DNA from: Malacoraja senta
Taxonomy: Eukaryota
Length of the DNA stretch: 64,000 bases
Direction of reading: 5' to 3'
NCBI GenBank assembly: GCA_038087875.1
Contig: CM075989.1
Coordinates: forward strand, 1,612,001-1,676,000
Made by a program: the position numbers and the translations under genes. Numbering within the stretch: the stretch's first letter is position 1; each line of letters opens with the position of its first letter. The notes beneath the pieces were generated by a model, which saw nothing but the letters and a program-made list of their open reading frames with translations, searched no databases and was not told the origin of the DNA. This document shows positions 39,905 through 52,268 of the stretch, in pieces.

Positions 39905-40104
39905 NNNNNNNNNNNNNNNNNNNNNNNNNNNNNNNNNNNNNNNNNNNNNNNNNNNNNNNNNNNNNNNNNNNNNNNNNNNNNNNNNNNNNNNNNNNNNNNN
40001 NNNNNNNNNNNNNNNNNNNNNNNNNNNNNNNNNNNNNNNNNNNNNNNNNNNNNNNNNNNNNNNNNNNNNNNNNNNNNNNNNNNNNNNNNNNNNNNNNNNN
40101 NNNN
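39905..40104. other. Assembly gap (200 N)
   Basis: Run of N. Confidence 1.
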
Positions 40105-40215
40105 GGAGAAGGTGGTGAGATTGATAGTTGTGGGGGGATTTGGGAAGTTGGGGGTGTGCTAATTAATGTAAGTTGGGGGGAGGGGGGGATTGATATTCTG
40201 GAAGGGTCCCTGTGA

Positions 40216-40505
40216 TAGAGACATAGAAAATAGGTGCAGGAGGAGCAGGCCATTCGGCCCTTCGAGCCAGCGCCGCCATTCATTGTGATCATGGCTGATC
40301 GTCCCCAATCAATAACCCGTGCCTGCCTTCTCCCCATATCCCTTGCTTCCACTAGCCCCTAGAGCTCTATCTAACTCTCCCTTAAATCCATCCAGTGATT
40401 TGGCCTCCACTGTCCTCTGTGGCAGGGAATTCCACAAATTCACAACTCTCTGGGTGAAAAAGGTTTTTATCACCTCTGTCTTAAGTGTCCTCCCCTTTAT
40501 TCTAA
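40216..40505 (-). mobile_element. CR1 3' end
   Basis: Closely matches the 41587-41880 tail. Confidence 0.88.
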
Positions 40506-40659
40506 GATACGGGAGGTCAAAATTGAAGATGTGGGGCGATCGGGAAGGAAGCTACGGCTCAGTTGGCAAAAGCCATGATGTTTATATGGACAGGGATATT
40601 ATAGTCATAGTCAGGAGAGATGTGAGGAGAGTCTGACTCCTGTAGCTCACCGCCTAATG

Positions 40660-41250
40660 GCAATGTGAAGAGGTTGGGAGGTCATGTTGTGGTTGTATAA
40701 GACGTTGGTGAGGCTGCATTTAGAGTATTGTGTTCAGTTCTGGGCACCATGTTATAGGAACAATGGTGTCAAGCTGGAAAGGGTACAGAGAAGATGTTGC
40801 CAGGGCTAGGAAGTCTAAGCTACAGTGAGAGGTTGACTAGGCTGGGACTAGTCCTTGGAGCACAGGAGGATCTTATAGAGGTGTATAAAATCATGAGAGG
40901 AATAGATCGAGTAGATGCACAGTCTCTTGCCCTGAGTAGGTAAATCGAGGACCAGAAGACATAGGTTAAAGGTGAAGGGGAAAAGATTTAATAGGAATCT
41001 GAGGGGTAACTGAAGATTTAATAGGAATCTGAAGGGTGGTAGGTGTATGGAACGAGCTGCCAGAGGAGATAGTTGAGGCAGTGACTATCCCAACATTTAG
41101 GAAACTGTTAGACAGGTACATGGATAGGACAGGTTTGGAGGGTTATGGACCAAACGTGGGCAGGTGGGACTAGGTGGGACTAGTGTAGCTGGGACATGTT
41201 GGCCGGTGTGGGCAAGTTGAAGGGCCTGTTCCTACGCTGTATGACTCTAT
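40660..41250 (+). mobile_element. CR1 LINE 3' fragment
   Basis: LYKTLVRLHLEYCVQFWAPCYR, plus tail. Confidence 0.88.
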
Positions 41251-41582
41251 AAAGTGGAAGGATATGCAGAACAAGGTCTGTGGACTATAGAAGGTGATTC
41301 AACATCACCTCTGTAGGGGCATGAAGGGGGCGGTGCTGAATACTGGCCTGGCTGGTGTCACCCACATCCCATGAGTACATTACAATTCTACCCATGTCAG
41401 AGTTTGACAGCGTTATGCGAGTATTGGACAAGGAGGAGCACAGAAAGAGAGTGTGGGCCAAGTGCATGGGTCAATGTTAGTGTCAGAGAGTGATACAGCA
41501 TGGGAACAGGCCCTTCAGCCCAACTCATCCATGCCGACCAAGATGCTCCATCTAAGTTTGTCCCATTTGCCCACATTTAGTC

Positions 41583-43269
41583 CATAGAAACATAGAAACA
41601 TAGAAAATAGGTGCAGGAGTAGGCCATTCGGGCCTTCGAGCCTGCACCGCCATTCGATATGATCATGGCTGATCATCCAACTCAGCATCCTGTACCTGCC
41701 TTCTCTCCATACCCCCTGATCCCTTTAGCCACAAGGGCCACATCTAACTCCCTCTTAAATATAGCCAATGAACTGGCCTCAACTACCTTCTGTGGCAGAG
41801 AATTCCAGAGATTCACCACTCTGTGTGAAAAATGTTTTCCTCATCTCGGTCCTAAAAGATTTCCCCCTTATCCTTAAACTGTGCCCCTTGTTCTGGACTT
41901 CCCCAACATCGGGAACAATCTTCCTGCATCTAGCCTGTCCAACCCCTTAAGAATTTTGTAAGTTTCTATAAGATCCCCCCTCAAACTTCTAAATTCTAGC
42001 GAGTACAAACCGAGTCTATCCAGTCTTTCTTCATATGCAAGTCCTGACATCCCAGGAATCAGTGTGGTGAACCATCTCTGTACTCCCTCTATGGCAAGAA
42101 TGTCTTTCCTCAGATTAGGAGACCAAAACGGTACGCAATACTCCAGGTGTGGTCTCACCAAGACCCTGTACAACTGCAGTAGAACCTCCCTGCTCTTATA
42201 CTCAAATCCTTTTGCTATGAATGCTAACATACCATTCACCTTCTTCACTGCCTGCTGCACCTGCATGCCTACTTTTAATGACTGGTGTACCATGACACCC
42301 AGGTCTCGTTGCATCTCCCCTTTTCCTAATCGGCCACCATTCAGATAATAGTCTACTTTCCTGTTTTTGCCACCAAAGTGGATAACCTCACATTTATCCA
42401 CATTATACTGCATCTGCCAAACATTTGCCCACTCACCCAACCTATCCAAGTCACCTTGCAGCCTCCTAGCATCCTCCTCACAGCTAACACTGCTCCCCAG
42501 CTTTGTGTCATCCGCAAACTTGGAGATATTGCATTCAATTCCCTCATCCAGATCATTAATATATATTGTAAATAGCTGGGGTCCCAGCACTGAGCCTTGC
42601 GGTACCCCACTAGTCACTGCCTGCCATTCTGAAAAGGACCCGTTTACTCCTACTCTTTGCTTCCTGTCTGCCAGCCAGTTCCCTATCCACATCAATACTG
42701 AACCCCCAATACCGTGTGCTTTAAGTTTGTATACTAATCTCTTATGTGGGATCTTGTCGAAAGCCTTCTGAAAGTCCAGATATAACACATCCACTGGTTC
42801 TCCCTTATCCACTCTACTAGTTACATCCTCGAAAAATTCTATAAGATTCGTCAGACATGATTTACCTTTCATAAATCCATGCTGACTTTGTCCAATGATT
42901 TCACCACTTTCCAAATGTGCTGCTATCCCATCTTTAATAACTGATTCTAGCAGTTTCCCCACTACCGACGTTAGACTAACTGGTCTGTAATTCCCCGTTT
43001 TCTCTCTCCCTCCCTTTTTAAAAAGTGGGGTTACATTAGCTACCCTCCAATCCTCAGGAACTACTCCAGAATCTAAAGAGTTTTGAAAAATTATCACTAA
43101 TGCATCCACTATTTCTTGGGCTACTTCCTTAAGTACTCTGTGATGCAGCCTATCTGGCCCTGGGGATTTATCGGCCTTTAATCCATTCAATTTACCTAAC
43201 ACCACTTCCCGGCTAACCTGGATTTCACTCAGTTCCTCCTCTGAGTGAAATCCAGGTTAGCCGGGAAGT
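41583..43269 (-). mobile_element. Young 5'-truncated CR1 LINE with (TTTCTATG)n tail and fold-back 5' end
   Basis: Open RT frame, three octamer tail units, AGTCCAT at both flanks, 29-bp inverted duplication. Confidence 0.95.
41874..43205 (-). CDS. CR1 ORF2 reverse transcriptase domain (5'-truncated, 443 aa open frame; probably not expressed)
   Basis: KSPGPD, NYRPVSLTS, QHGF, LDFQKAFD, GVPQGSVLGP, FADD and RPHLEYC motifs. Confidence 0.85.
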   Translation of the reverse strand: MVLGKLNGLKADKSPGPDRLHHRVLKEVAQEIVDALVIIFQNSLDSGVVPEDWRVANVTPLFKKGGREKTGNYRPVSLTSVVGKLLESVIKDGIAAHLESGEIIGQSQHGFMKGKSCLTNLIEFFEDVTSRVDKGEPVDVLYLDFQKAFDKIPHKRLVYKLKAHGIGGSVLMWIGNWLADRKQRVGVNGSFSEWQAVTSGVPQGSVLGPQLFTIYINDLDEGIECNISKFADDTKLGSSVSCEEDARRLQGDLDRLGEWANVWQMQYNVDKCEVIHFGGKNRKVDYYLNGGRLGKGEMQRDLGVMVHQSLKVGMQVQQAVKKVNGMLAFIAKGFEYKSREVLLQLYRVLVRPHLEYCVPFWSPNLRKDILAIEGVQRWFTTLIPGMSGLAYEERLDRLGLYSLEFRSLRGDLIETYKILKGLDRLDAGRLFPMLGKSRTRGTV

Positions 43270-43285
43270 CCATGTCCCTCTAAAG

Positions 43286-43891
43286 CTTAAGGCTCTGTCT
43301 TACCTGTTTGCGGTCATCGGCGGTGAAGCGCGGCGTCGCCGGTAGCGAGGACCGCGCGGCAACGGCGAGAGCGTCGAGCCTATCCACCGGAGCGCCGCAC
43401 GGATGTTGCGCGGGGGCCGAGTTAATTCAAACACGGCGGGTCCCACGTGCTTGCGGTAAGTAAAAAAAGGGCAGGCCGACTGCGATGACGTCGGCCCGCC
43501 GCACGTGACTCACCTGCGGCGGCTGTGGCGGCGGCCATCCTGATCGCGGCGCTGTAGCGGTGGCTGTGCCTGCGGCCGTGCAGCACACGTGCCTCACTGG
43601 CGGCGGCACGTGCGTCACTGGCGGAGGCTGTGGCAGAGGAGGTTTGACGCACGGCGCTCGACCCACACTGGCGGCGGCCCGTGCGAGCGGCCGTGCGCAC
43701 TCGTGCATCACTGGTGGAGGTTGTGCGGTGAGTATAGTGTTTTCGACATTGTCGATTTTATTTTAGCACCGCGCGGTGTTGGGAACGCCGCCGCACGGCC
43801 CGGGAATTGTACTTTCTCACGAGTGCGCGGTCTATGGCGGCAGATTCCTCCCGTTTCGCCGCCATAGACCGCAGACTCGTGAGACAGGCCT
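43286..43891. mobile_element. CpG-rich ~600-bp insertion with imperfect terminal inverted repeats and a subterminal hairpin (unclassified DNA transposon-like)
   Basis: Splits a CR1 tail (CCCTCTAAA|CCTTT). Ends AAGGCTCTGTCTTAC / GTGAGACAGGCCTT. Hairpin at 43815-43884. Confidence 0.5.
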
Positions 43892-45090
43892 TTTACAATC
43901 CATGTACCTGTCCAGTGTCTTTGAAATGCTGAGATTGTACCTGCCCCTTCTCTCTTGTTCCTTCTATACACTCACCACTTTCTGTGTGGAAAAGTTGCCC
44001 CTCAGGATCCTATTAAATCTTTCCCCTTGAGCCTGGTTCTGGATTCTCCTGCCCTGGGTAAAAGGTCTTTAATTAAACAATTATATGGAAACGTTGTGAA
44101 TCATTTTATTTTATTGACTATGTCAGGGATTTGTCTATTAAGGTAGGATTTAACCATCTATTCATGTTAGGCTCACCAGGATATCTGAAGCCTACTTTGC
44201 TCTGCTACACTGATGACTTGCAACAACATTCATTTTTTAACACCACAGAAGTTCTCTGCTGCGAGAAAGATGGAGATGATTATTTCCAGCCGAATGTACA
44301 ACATTAAGTTGCTAAACACCAAATCCTCTGCCACCTAGAGAGCATCGGCATAGTCTAATTGGAGTACACCGTGGTCTGTTTCACACTGTCTGAAACTTAG
44401 CAAAGTAGAACTCACAATAAAATAAGGCCAGATGCTGGTGTGAAATGGAGACAGTGTGGGGGTTATTCTGGTGCTAAGAGATCAGGGAACATGTGTCCCT
44501 CGTGCATCTTGCAATGACTTGCTCACATTGCTACCTCTATATTATTTACACAACAACTGTCCGCAGTGTACAAAGACAGCCTAAATCCACAGCCCCCCGC
44601 TCTTGTCATTGCTAATTCCACTTGTTTTACTCACCTGCACTGGTTCCAGGTAAATCAATCGCTTGTATTAAAATTCCGTTCTCAAATTCTCATGCTCCCT
44701 TCCCATCTGTGCAGTCACTTCCTACCTGGGCTTCTCACATGCCACTGTAAATACACAATGGACCTCACCCTGAAACATTATCTGTCTCGTGTGGGAAGGA
44801 AAAGCAGATGCTTGTTTAAATCGAAGATAGACACAAAATGTTCGAGTAACTCAACGGGACAGGCAGTAACTCCGGAGAAAAGGAATGGGTGATGTTTGAG
44901 GTTGAGACTGTCTCTCTTTCCACACATACTGCCTGACTGCTGGGTGGTTCCAGCATTGTATTTGATCATTGTTCTTCTTGGGTGGGACGTGGGATGGGTT
45001 GGCTGTGGGTAGAGCTTCTGCTTTGCAAACAGGTCTTATCCCAGTGGACCCCATTGCAAAGATCTTGCTGACTCACGCTGCAATCAGCTG

Positions 45091-45390
45091 TGGCACAGTG
45101 GCGCAGCGGTAGAGTTGCTGCCTCACAGCGGCAGAGACCCGGGTTCGATCCTGACTACGGGTGCTGTCTGTACGGAGTTTGTACGTTCTCCCCGTGACCT
45201 GTGTGGGATTTTCTCTGGGTGCTTCCAGTTTCCTCCCACACCCCAAAGACGTACAGGCTTGTAAGTTAATTGGCTTGGTAACATTGCAAATTGTCCCTAG
45301 TGTGTGTAGGATAGTGTTAGTGTGCGGGGATTGCTAATCGATGCCGACCCGGTGGGACGAAGGACCTGTGGCTCTAAAGTAAACTAAAGT
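45091..45390 (+). mobile_element. Well-preserved full-length V-SINE/HE1-type SINE
   Basis: Intact A box and B box GGTTCGATCC, V-domain and tail. Confidence 0.92.
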
Positions 45391-46183
45391 TACCTGGTAT
45401 TTTAACTTGTCCATTTCTGCACACTTTGAAGCTGGATGAAGTGTGAGGCTGCAGAGTGGACATGCGTTGTGATTCTGGACAGCAGTTCCCCTGGGGGCCA
45501 TCGGTCAAGATTATGAGCAATCTATATTTTAACATGGGAATATGTCTCGAACATGATGTATAAACTGTGAGCACGGTGCGGGAAGTGGAGCCAGTCACAC
45601 ACTTGACAGGCTGTGGATTACAGTGAGTAGCTCCATATCACACCCTGCGTCAGCAGGCAGAGTGATGCTGGCTCTGACCCCCAGTGTTTGATGTGACAGG
45701 AAACTATGTAAACCAGTGCCCCTTTATCAAGGACAGCGGTGTAGCTGACTGGTAATTGGCAGCGTTACCACACCACTTTGACAGAAGTTATGGAACATGA
45801 ATACTCAGAGGTGTTTGTGATAGCATCAAAGGCTCATCTTGTCTCTGCCGCTGTAGCCGAGGGTTTCGTTCTGATCCCGCTTCCCAGCTCTCTGTCTGTG
45901 GGGCTGTGGCATATCAAATGGTCATCAAAACTCTTTGCAGATACCTCCATCAGCCTTAAGGGCGGCCCGGTGGAGCAGCGGTAGAGTTGCTGCCTATCCT
46001 GATCAAGGGTGCTGTCTGTACGGAGTTTGCACGTTCTACCTGTGACCTGTGGGGTTTGCTCTGGGGGCTCTGGGTTCCCCCCACTCTCAAAGATGTACGG
46101 GCTTGTAAACTGATTGGCTTTAGCAAAAATTATAAATTGTCCTTAGTGTGTAGGATGGTACTAGTCTACAGGGATCGCTGGTC

Positions 46184-46333
46184 GGCACGGACTCGGTGGG
46201 CACGGACTCGGTGGGCACGGACTCGGTGGGCACGGACTCGGTGGGCACGGACTCGGTGGGCACGGACTCGGTGGGCACGGACTCGGTGGGCACGGACTCG
46301 GTGGGCACGGACTCGGTGGGCACGGACTCGGTG
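46184..46333. repeat. Perfect 15-bp minisatellite (GGCACGGACTCGGTG)x10 inside a SINE tail (SINE about 45960-46365)
   Basis: Ten identical units. The unit is single-copy in other SINE copies. Confidence 0.97.
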
Positions 46334-47214
46334 GGCTGCAAGGCCTGTTTCTGTGCTGTATATATACACTAACCTTTCAGTCAAGGAAATACAAACATTT
46401 AACATCCTCTCGACATGCCATTCTGCTCCTAATGCCACTGGGAAGTCCGTATGGGGCTGGGCTCAGGGTGGGATTCAGTTCAGTTTAGTTTATTGTCACG
46501 TGTACCGAGGTCCAATGAAAAGCTTTTGTTGCATGCTAACCAGACAGCAGAAGACAATGCATGATTACAACCAATGCAGTTACAGTGTGTAGATACATTG
46601 GCATGGGTTGGGATCACAGATACAATGGGATTGCTCATGGGTTGCCACCATTCTCTTCACTGTTCCTGTGAAGGGCAGGTTGTGGTTGACACTGAATGAT
46701 ATCAGAGTCAAGGGATATGGGGAGAAAGCAGGAACGGGGTACTAATTTTGGATGATCAGCCATGATCATATTGAATGGCGGTGCTGGCTCGAAGGGCCGA
46801 ATGGCCTACTCCTGCACCTATTTTCTATGTTTCTATGTTTATCACTGTCAATATATGCCACTCTGACTCCAGGGAGGTGGCATCAACAGAAGCCACCTCC
46901 CTCAGTGGTGGATGTGGGTGAAGCTGTCCCAAGAGGTGATCTTGGTGGAGCTGTACCATGGTAGAGCCAATGTTAATGGAAGGGTCTACTACGTTAACAC
47001 CTTATTACAACACATAAACTACTCTTTTAGTTCAATGGACCACTGCTGGGGTCTGTGCTCCAAATTAGTCTCCTTCCATATCTTTCATCTTATCCCATCA
47101 ACAAATCCTGTGCTTCCATGTCCCCTTCTTGTCTTGCCCAACATTCTCCCAAATCCTATCAAGGTTACCGAACCAATACCTCCTTGCGATGTGGAGAAAG
47201 AAACTGCATGAATA

Positions 47215-48215
47215 CAGAGCTACTACACTCCAAACTCTCCCAGTTGACTGTGCCTGAACCCCTCTGTCGGTGGATCATCAACTTCCTGACAGACAGGAAG
47301 CAGCATGTGAGGCTGAGAAAGCACGTCTCAGACCCGCAAACCCTCAGCATTGGAGCACCGCAAGGCTGCGTACTCTCCCCTCTCCTCTACTCTCTCTACA
47401 CCAACGACTGCACCTCCACAGACACCTATGTCAAGCTTCTCAAGTTTGCGGATGACACAACCCTGATTGGACTGATCCAGGATGGGGAGGAATCTGCCTA
47501 CTGACATGAAGTGACACACCTGGCGTCCTGGTGCCATCGCAACAACCTGGAGCTCACTGCTCTTAATACAGTCGAATTGATTGTAGACGGTAGACAAAAG
47601 TGCTGGAGAAAGTCAGCGGGTGCAGCAGCATCTATGGAGCGAAGGAAATAGGCAACGTTTCGGGCCGAAACCCTTCTTCAGACTGTAGACAACAATTGAT
47701 TGTAGAAGTTAGGAGAACACCCCCTCCCCTCATCCCATTCACCATCAACAACACTACAGTCACATCTGTGGAGTCATTTAAGTTTCTTGGAACCATCATC
47801 TCCAGGGACCTTAAATGGGTGGCTACCATCGACTCCACAGTCACAAAGGCCCAACAAAGGATGTACTTCTTGCGGCAGATGAGGAAACACAATCTGCCAC
47901 AGGCAATGATGGTCCAGTTTTATTCTGCCATCATAGAGTCTGCCCTCACCTTCTCCATCATGAAGCACTTCCCTCTGGAAGGCGACTCCGGACTGTCAGT
48001 CGCCACAGCCAAACATAAAAACAGCTATTTTCTACGACCAGTAACTCTACTCAATAACCAATAGTCTGTAGCCTCCTTTTGCTCTGGTATTTTATTTCAT
48101 TCTTCACATGTTTAAATTATAATGTTTTATTTTTAATTGTCTACTGTATATCGTGTTGTTACTTGCAAGCAAACATACATATTTGGCTAATAACATTTAT
48201 TCAATTCAATTCAAT
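47215..48215 (+). mobile_element. Rex1/Babar-clade LINE RT fragment with (TTCAA)n tail
   Basis: WIINFLTDRKQ, GAPQGCVLSPLLYSLYTNDC, KFADDTT, FKFLG and AQQRMYFLR motifs. A second piece lies at 57966-58172. Confidence 0.9.
47654..47681 (-). ncRNA. Minimal type I hammerhead ribozyme core in a Penelope-derived short repeat (47588-47693)
   Basis: CUGAAGA-A-GGGU(UUCG)GCCC-GAAAC-GUU: catalytic boxes, stem II, and a palindromic AACGUU in place of stem III. Confidence 0.65.
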
Positions 48216-51200
48216 TCATTTCAATTCGTATGCTGTTTTACACTGAAGAAGGACACAAAATGCTGGAGTATTTGCTGGACGGCACGGTGGTGCAGTGGTA
48301 GCATTGCTGCCTAGCAGCGCCGCAGATCCAGGTTCGATCCCGACCACAGGTGCTGTCTGTACAGAATTTATACGTTCTTCCTGTGACCGCGTGGGTTTTC
48401 TCAGAGATCTTCGGTTTTCTCCCACACTCCAAAGACGTCCAGGTATGTAGGTTAATTGGCTTGGTATAATTGTACATTGTCCCTAGTGTGTGTGGGATAG
48501 TGCTAATGTGCGGGGATTGCTGGTCGGCGCAGAAACAGTAGGCCGAAGGGGCTGTTTCCGTGCTGTATCTCTTAACTAAACTAAACTCAGCGGGACAGAT
48601 AGCAATGCTAGAGAAAAGAGACAGCTGATGTTTCGGGACGAGACGGTCTCTGAAAGGCTCTCAGTCTGAGGAAGGGCCTTGTGATGACTATTTCCACTAC
48701 ACCTCTTTATGATGACTATTTCCTCTTTATGCCCAAACTGCGGAATTAAAACGCTGTTGCTTAATTCCCCATTGCATGTTAATTCTACTGACTGTAAGAT
48801 CTGGCCATGCCCAAATAGAGATTATATCCATTGAATCAAATTATTTTATCATCTCAAAACCCTTCATTAGCTCATCACATGGTCTGCCTTGTTCAAGAAA
48901 AGGATCCGTTTTTGTTCACTCTTTCTCATAACCATATAACCATATAACTTGTCAGTTTGATATCATTTTGCTCAATCTGCACTGCCTCTATCATTTATAT
49001 TCAATGACAAGAGATGATCAATTCATCCTACATTTTGAGCTGACCCAAGTTTCTATGCAAGTTTTTACATAACTTTGCTTCTTTTCTCTGCAGTCTTTTC
49101 AGCTAGTCATTGGGCAAAGTTTAGGGGAGATGTACACCCATGCCGGTGAACGCACTGCCAGGGGTACAGTGGTACTAGTCGAAGACAGACACAAAATGCT
49201 GGAGTAACTCAGCGGGAGATGCAGCGTCACTGGAGAGAAGGAATGGGTGATGATTCGGGTCAACACCCTTCTTCAGACTTACAATGGTTACAATGGTACA
49301 ATTGGTGACATGTACCGAGGTACAATGAAATTCCTTTTTGTATACAGTTCAATACATAAACACTTCGATTATTCTTAGATAAACATCCGATAGTGGTATT
49401 TAAGAGACTTTTGGATAGATATGCAGGAAATTGATGGATATGGATTACGTGCAGACTGAAAGGAGTTGGTCTTGGCATTATGTTTGGCACAGACATTTAG
49501 CTCAGTTTTAGTTTAGAGATACAGCGCGGAAACAGGCCCTTCGGCCCACTGAGTCCACACCGACCAGCGATCCCCACACATTGACACTATCCTACACACA
49601 CTTGGAACAATTTGACATTTATACCAAGCCAATTAACCTACAAACCTGGACGTCTTTGGAGTGTGGGAGGAAACCGAAGATCTCGGAGAAAACCCACGTG
49701 GTTACAAGGAGAACGTACAAATTCCATACAGACAGCACCAATAGTCGGGATCGAACCCAGGTCTCCGGCACTGTAAGGCTGCAACTTTACCGCTGCTCCA
49801 CGTGCTGACCTATATGCTCTATATACACCCTGTTCTATGCTCTGTATTCTAATATCTGTCCAATTATTTTTGTAAATGATGAATCACTGCTCTGATTTTT
49901 GTGAAGCGTCACCTCCCTGTCAGAAGCAACTACCCTGAACCCCACGCTCTGTATTAAAGCCGTTGTTTTCCTGCCATGTGTCCCCCTGACATTTCCTGTG
50001 GGCGACACCTTAGCCAAGGCACTTTGTCAATAAACTCGGTGTTGGTGGGGTTGCAATGCCATGTGAGTCATCACCTCCAGGATGAAAGGAGTGACACAGG
50101 TCTCACACACTTCACACTTCATGAATCTGCCCTACAGCTACATCATCAATGAACAGCACTCACTGTCAGCTGCCATCGTCCAAAGATACAACCTTTTCTT
50201 TTGTCAGATGATCTGATTTTTGAAAGATGCCGCTTAATGTGGTCGACACAGTGGTGCAGCGATTGAGCTGCTGCCTTAAAGCACCAGAGACCCAGGTTCG
50301 ATCCTGATCTCGGGTGCTGCCTGTGTGGAGTTTTGCACGTTCTCCCTGTGACTTTGTGGGTTTCCTCTGGGTGCTCTGGTTTCCTCCCACGTCCCAAATA
50401 CGGGTAGGTTTATAGGTTAATAGGCTGCTGTAAATTGCCCCTAGTGCGTAGGGAGTGGATGAGAAACTGGAAAAACATGGAACTAGTGTGAATGGGTGAA
50501 CGATGGTCGGCAGGGACTTTATGAGCCGAACGGCCTGTTTCTATGTTCTAGCTCTAAATAAATACTAAACAATAGAGAATGGTTTTAGAGAAGTGTGCCA
50601 CCTCTGGATCTTGCCTTTATTTATAATGCTTTTGCAAAGAATGGGCAATTCTAATCTCGTATTATATCTGCAGCAATGTTGCTTAAAGTAAAAGTATTTG
50701 GATAATCAGTGGTGGATGTTGTGTGGAGATGGGTCTGTGGCCGTCTGAGGTGAGGTGCTTAGTCTACCCGGTAACTAACTGGGATATAAGTGGGTGTGGG
50801 CCCATTGTATTAACACAGCTGGCGTGTGGGAAGGATGAGTGTAGCAGCTGGTGCTCAGATGCTTAACTGTCAGTTTATCATAATCATACAGTTTGTTTAC
50901 ATATTATTTCTGCCGGGGAATTGCTCTGCCATTCTATGAAAAAATATTGCACACAATTAGAGCAGATTCAGACAATGTTCATCCCACAGAGGAGAGAGCA
51001 AGCTGACAGCTCCCACTGAGTCCATTAATGTCTCTAACCATGGCCACAAATGATGGAGCACATAATGTCAGTGGCCGCCACCCTGACAACTCTTTATATA
51101 GACTTTTGTTCATTCTCTGATGCTCTTTATGGAGACTTCAGTAGTTTACCTTAGTTTAGACATGCAGTGTGGAAACAGGCCCTTCGGCCCATCGAGTCTT

Positions 51201-52268
51201 GCACTGACCAACTGATCCATCCGGCACACATGTTCTATAACATCTTGCTTTTTTAACCACTCCATATACATTCGGGACAATTTACAATTTTACCAAGCCA
51301 ATTAACCTACAAGCCCTGTACTTCTTTGGGAGTATGGGAGGAAAGTGGAGCACCTGGAGAGAACCCGTGCAGGACATGGGAAGAACATACAAACTCTGTA
51401 CAGACAGCACCCGTAGTCAGGATCAAACCCGGGTCTCTGGCACTGTAAAGCAGCAACTCTACCGCGCAAACCAGTACCACCATGATACGTTAGCACAATG
51501 TACACCACTAATCAAGACCATCCAAAGTCCTGGTTGCGCAGCTGGTAGAGCTAATGCCTCACAGTGCCAGAGACCTGGGCTTGATCCTGACCTCGGTTGC
51601 TGTCTGTGTGGAGTTTGCATGTTCTTCCTGTCACCGCATGCATTTCCTCCAGGTGTCCTGGTTTCCTCCCACATCCCAAAGACGTGAGGGTCTGCAGGTT
51701 AATTGGTCTCTGTAAATTGTCCCTAATGTATATGGAGTGGTTACAAAAGCAAGATTATATAGAACATGTGTGCACGGATGGTCAGTTGGTCAGTGTGGAC
51801 TCGGTGGGCAGAAGGGCCTGTTTCAATGCTGTAGGATTCAATCAGTGGGCATGTGACTGGCCATGTTCTGTGGGCACCTCCTGACACCATGTGTATATTC
51901 AGTGGATGTTTCTTCCTTGTTTACATGTGGTGTCAGCTTAGATACACCGGCTGCAGCAGCCTTTCAGCTGATCAGTCACAACTCATTGGATTACTCTTTG
52001 GAGTAGGTTTAACTTACCTAATGTGGAGCCCTGTGCATCCGAACCTCTCATGAAAGCAGCCGGGTTGTGGTTTCCAGGTAGAACATCCCCTGTGGCCACT
52101 GCCTGCGGGGATGCAGCCCATTCTGTGGTGTGCTCCATGTACAGTACACTCGTGTTACAGGGACAATCCATGAAAATAGGGTGCTTGATGGTTCTCTTCC
52201 CTGAATTCTCCAGCTTCCCTCCCCCTCTTCTTAGTAAATACAGAAGTAAATACAGATGGGGATTGAGT

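Noticed and set aside
42367..42771. Plus-strand ORFs overlapping the CR1 RT
   Set aside because: Antisense shadows of the RT frame.
45091..45160. tRNA-like sequence with A and B boxes
   Set aside because: It is a SINE head continuous with the V-domain and tail, present in many decayed copies.
45987..46592. ORFs with WARTR/PTESV repeats; superficially array-like
   Set aside because: This is a spacerless 15-bp minisatellite in a SINE, not a protein or a CRISPR array.
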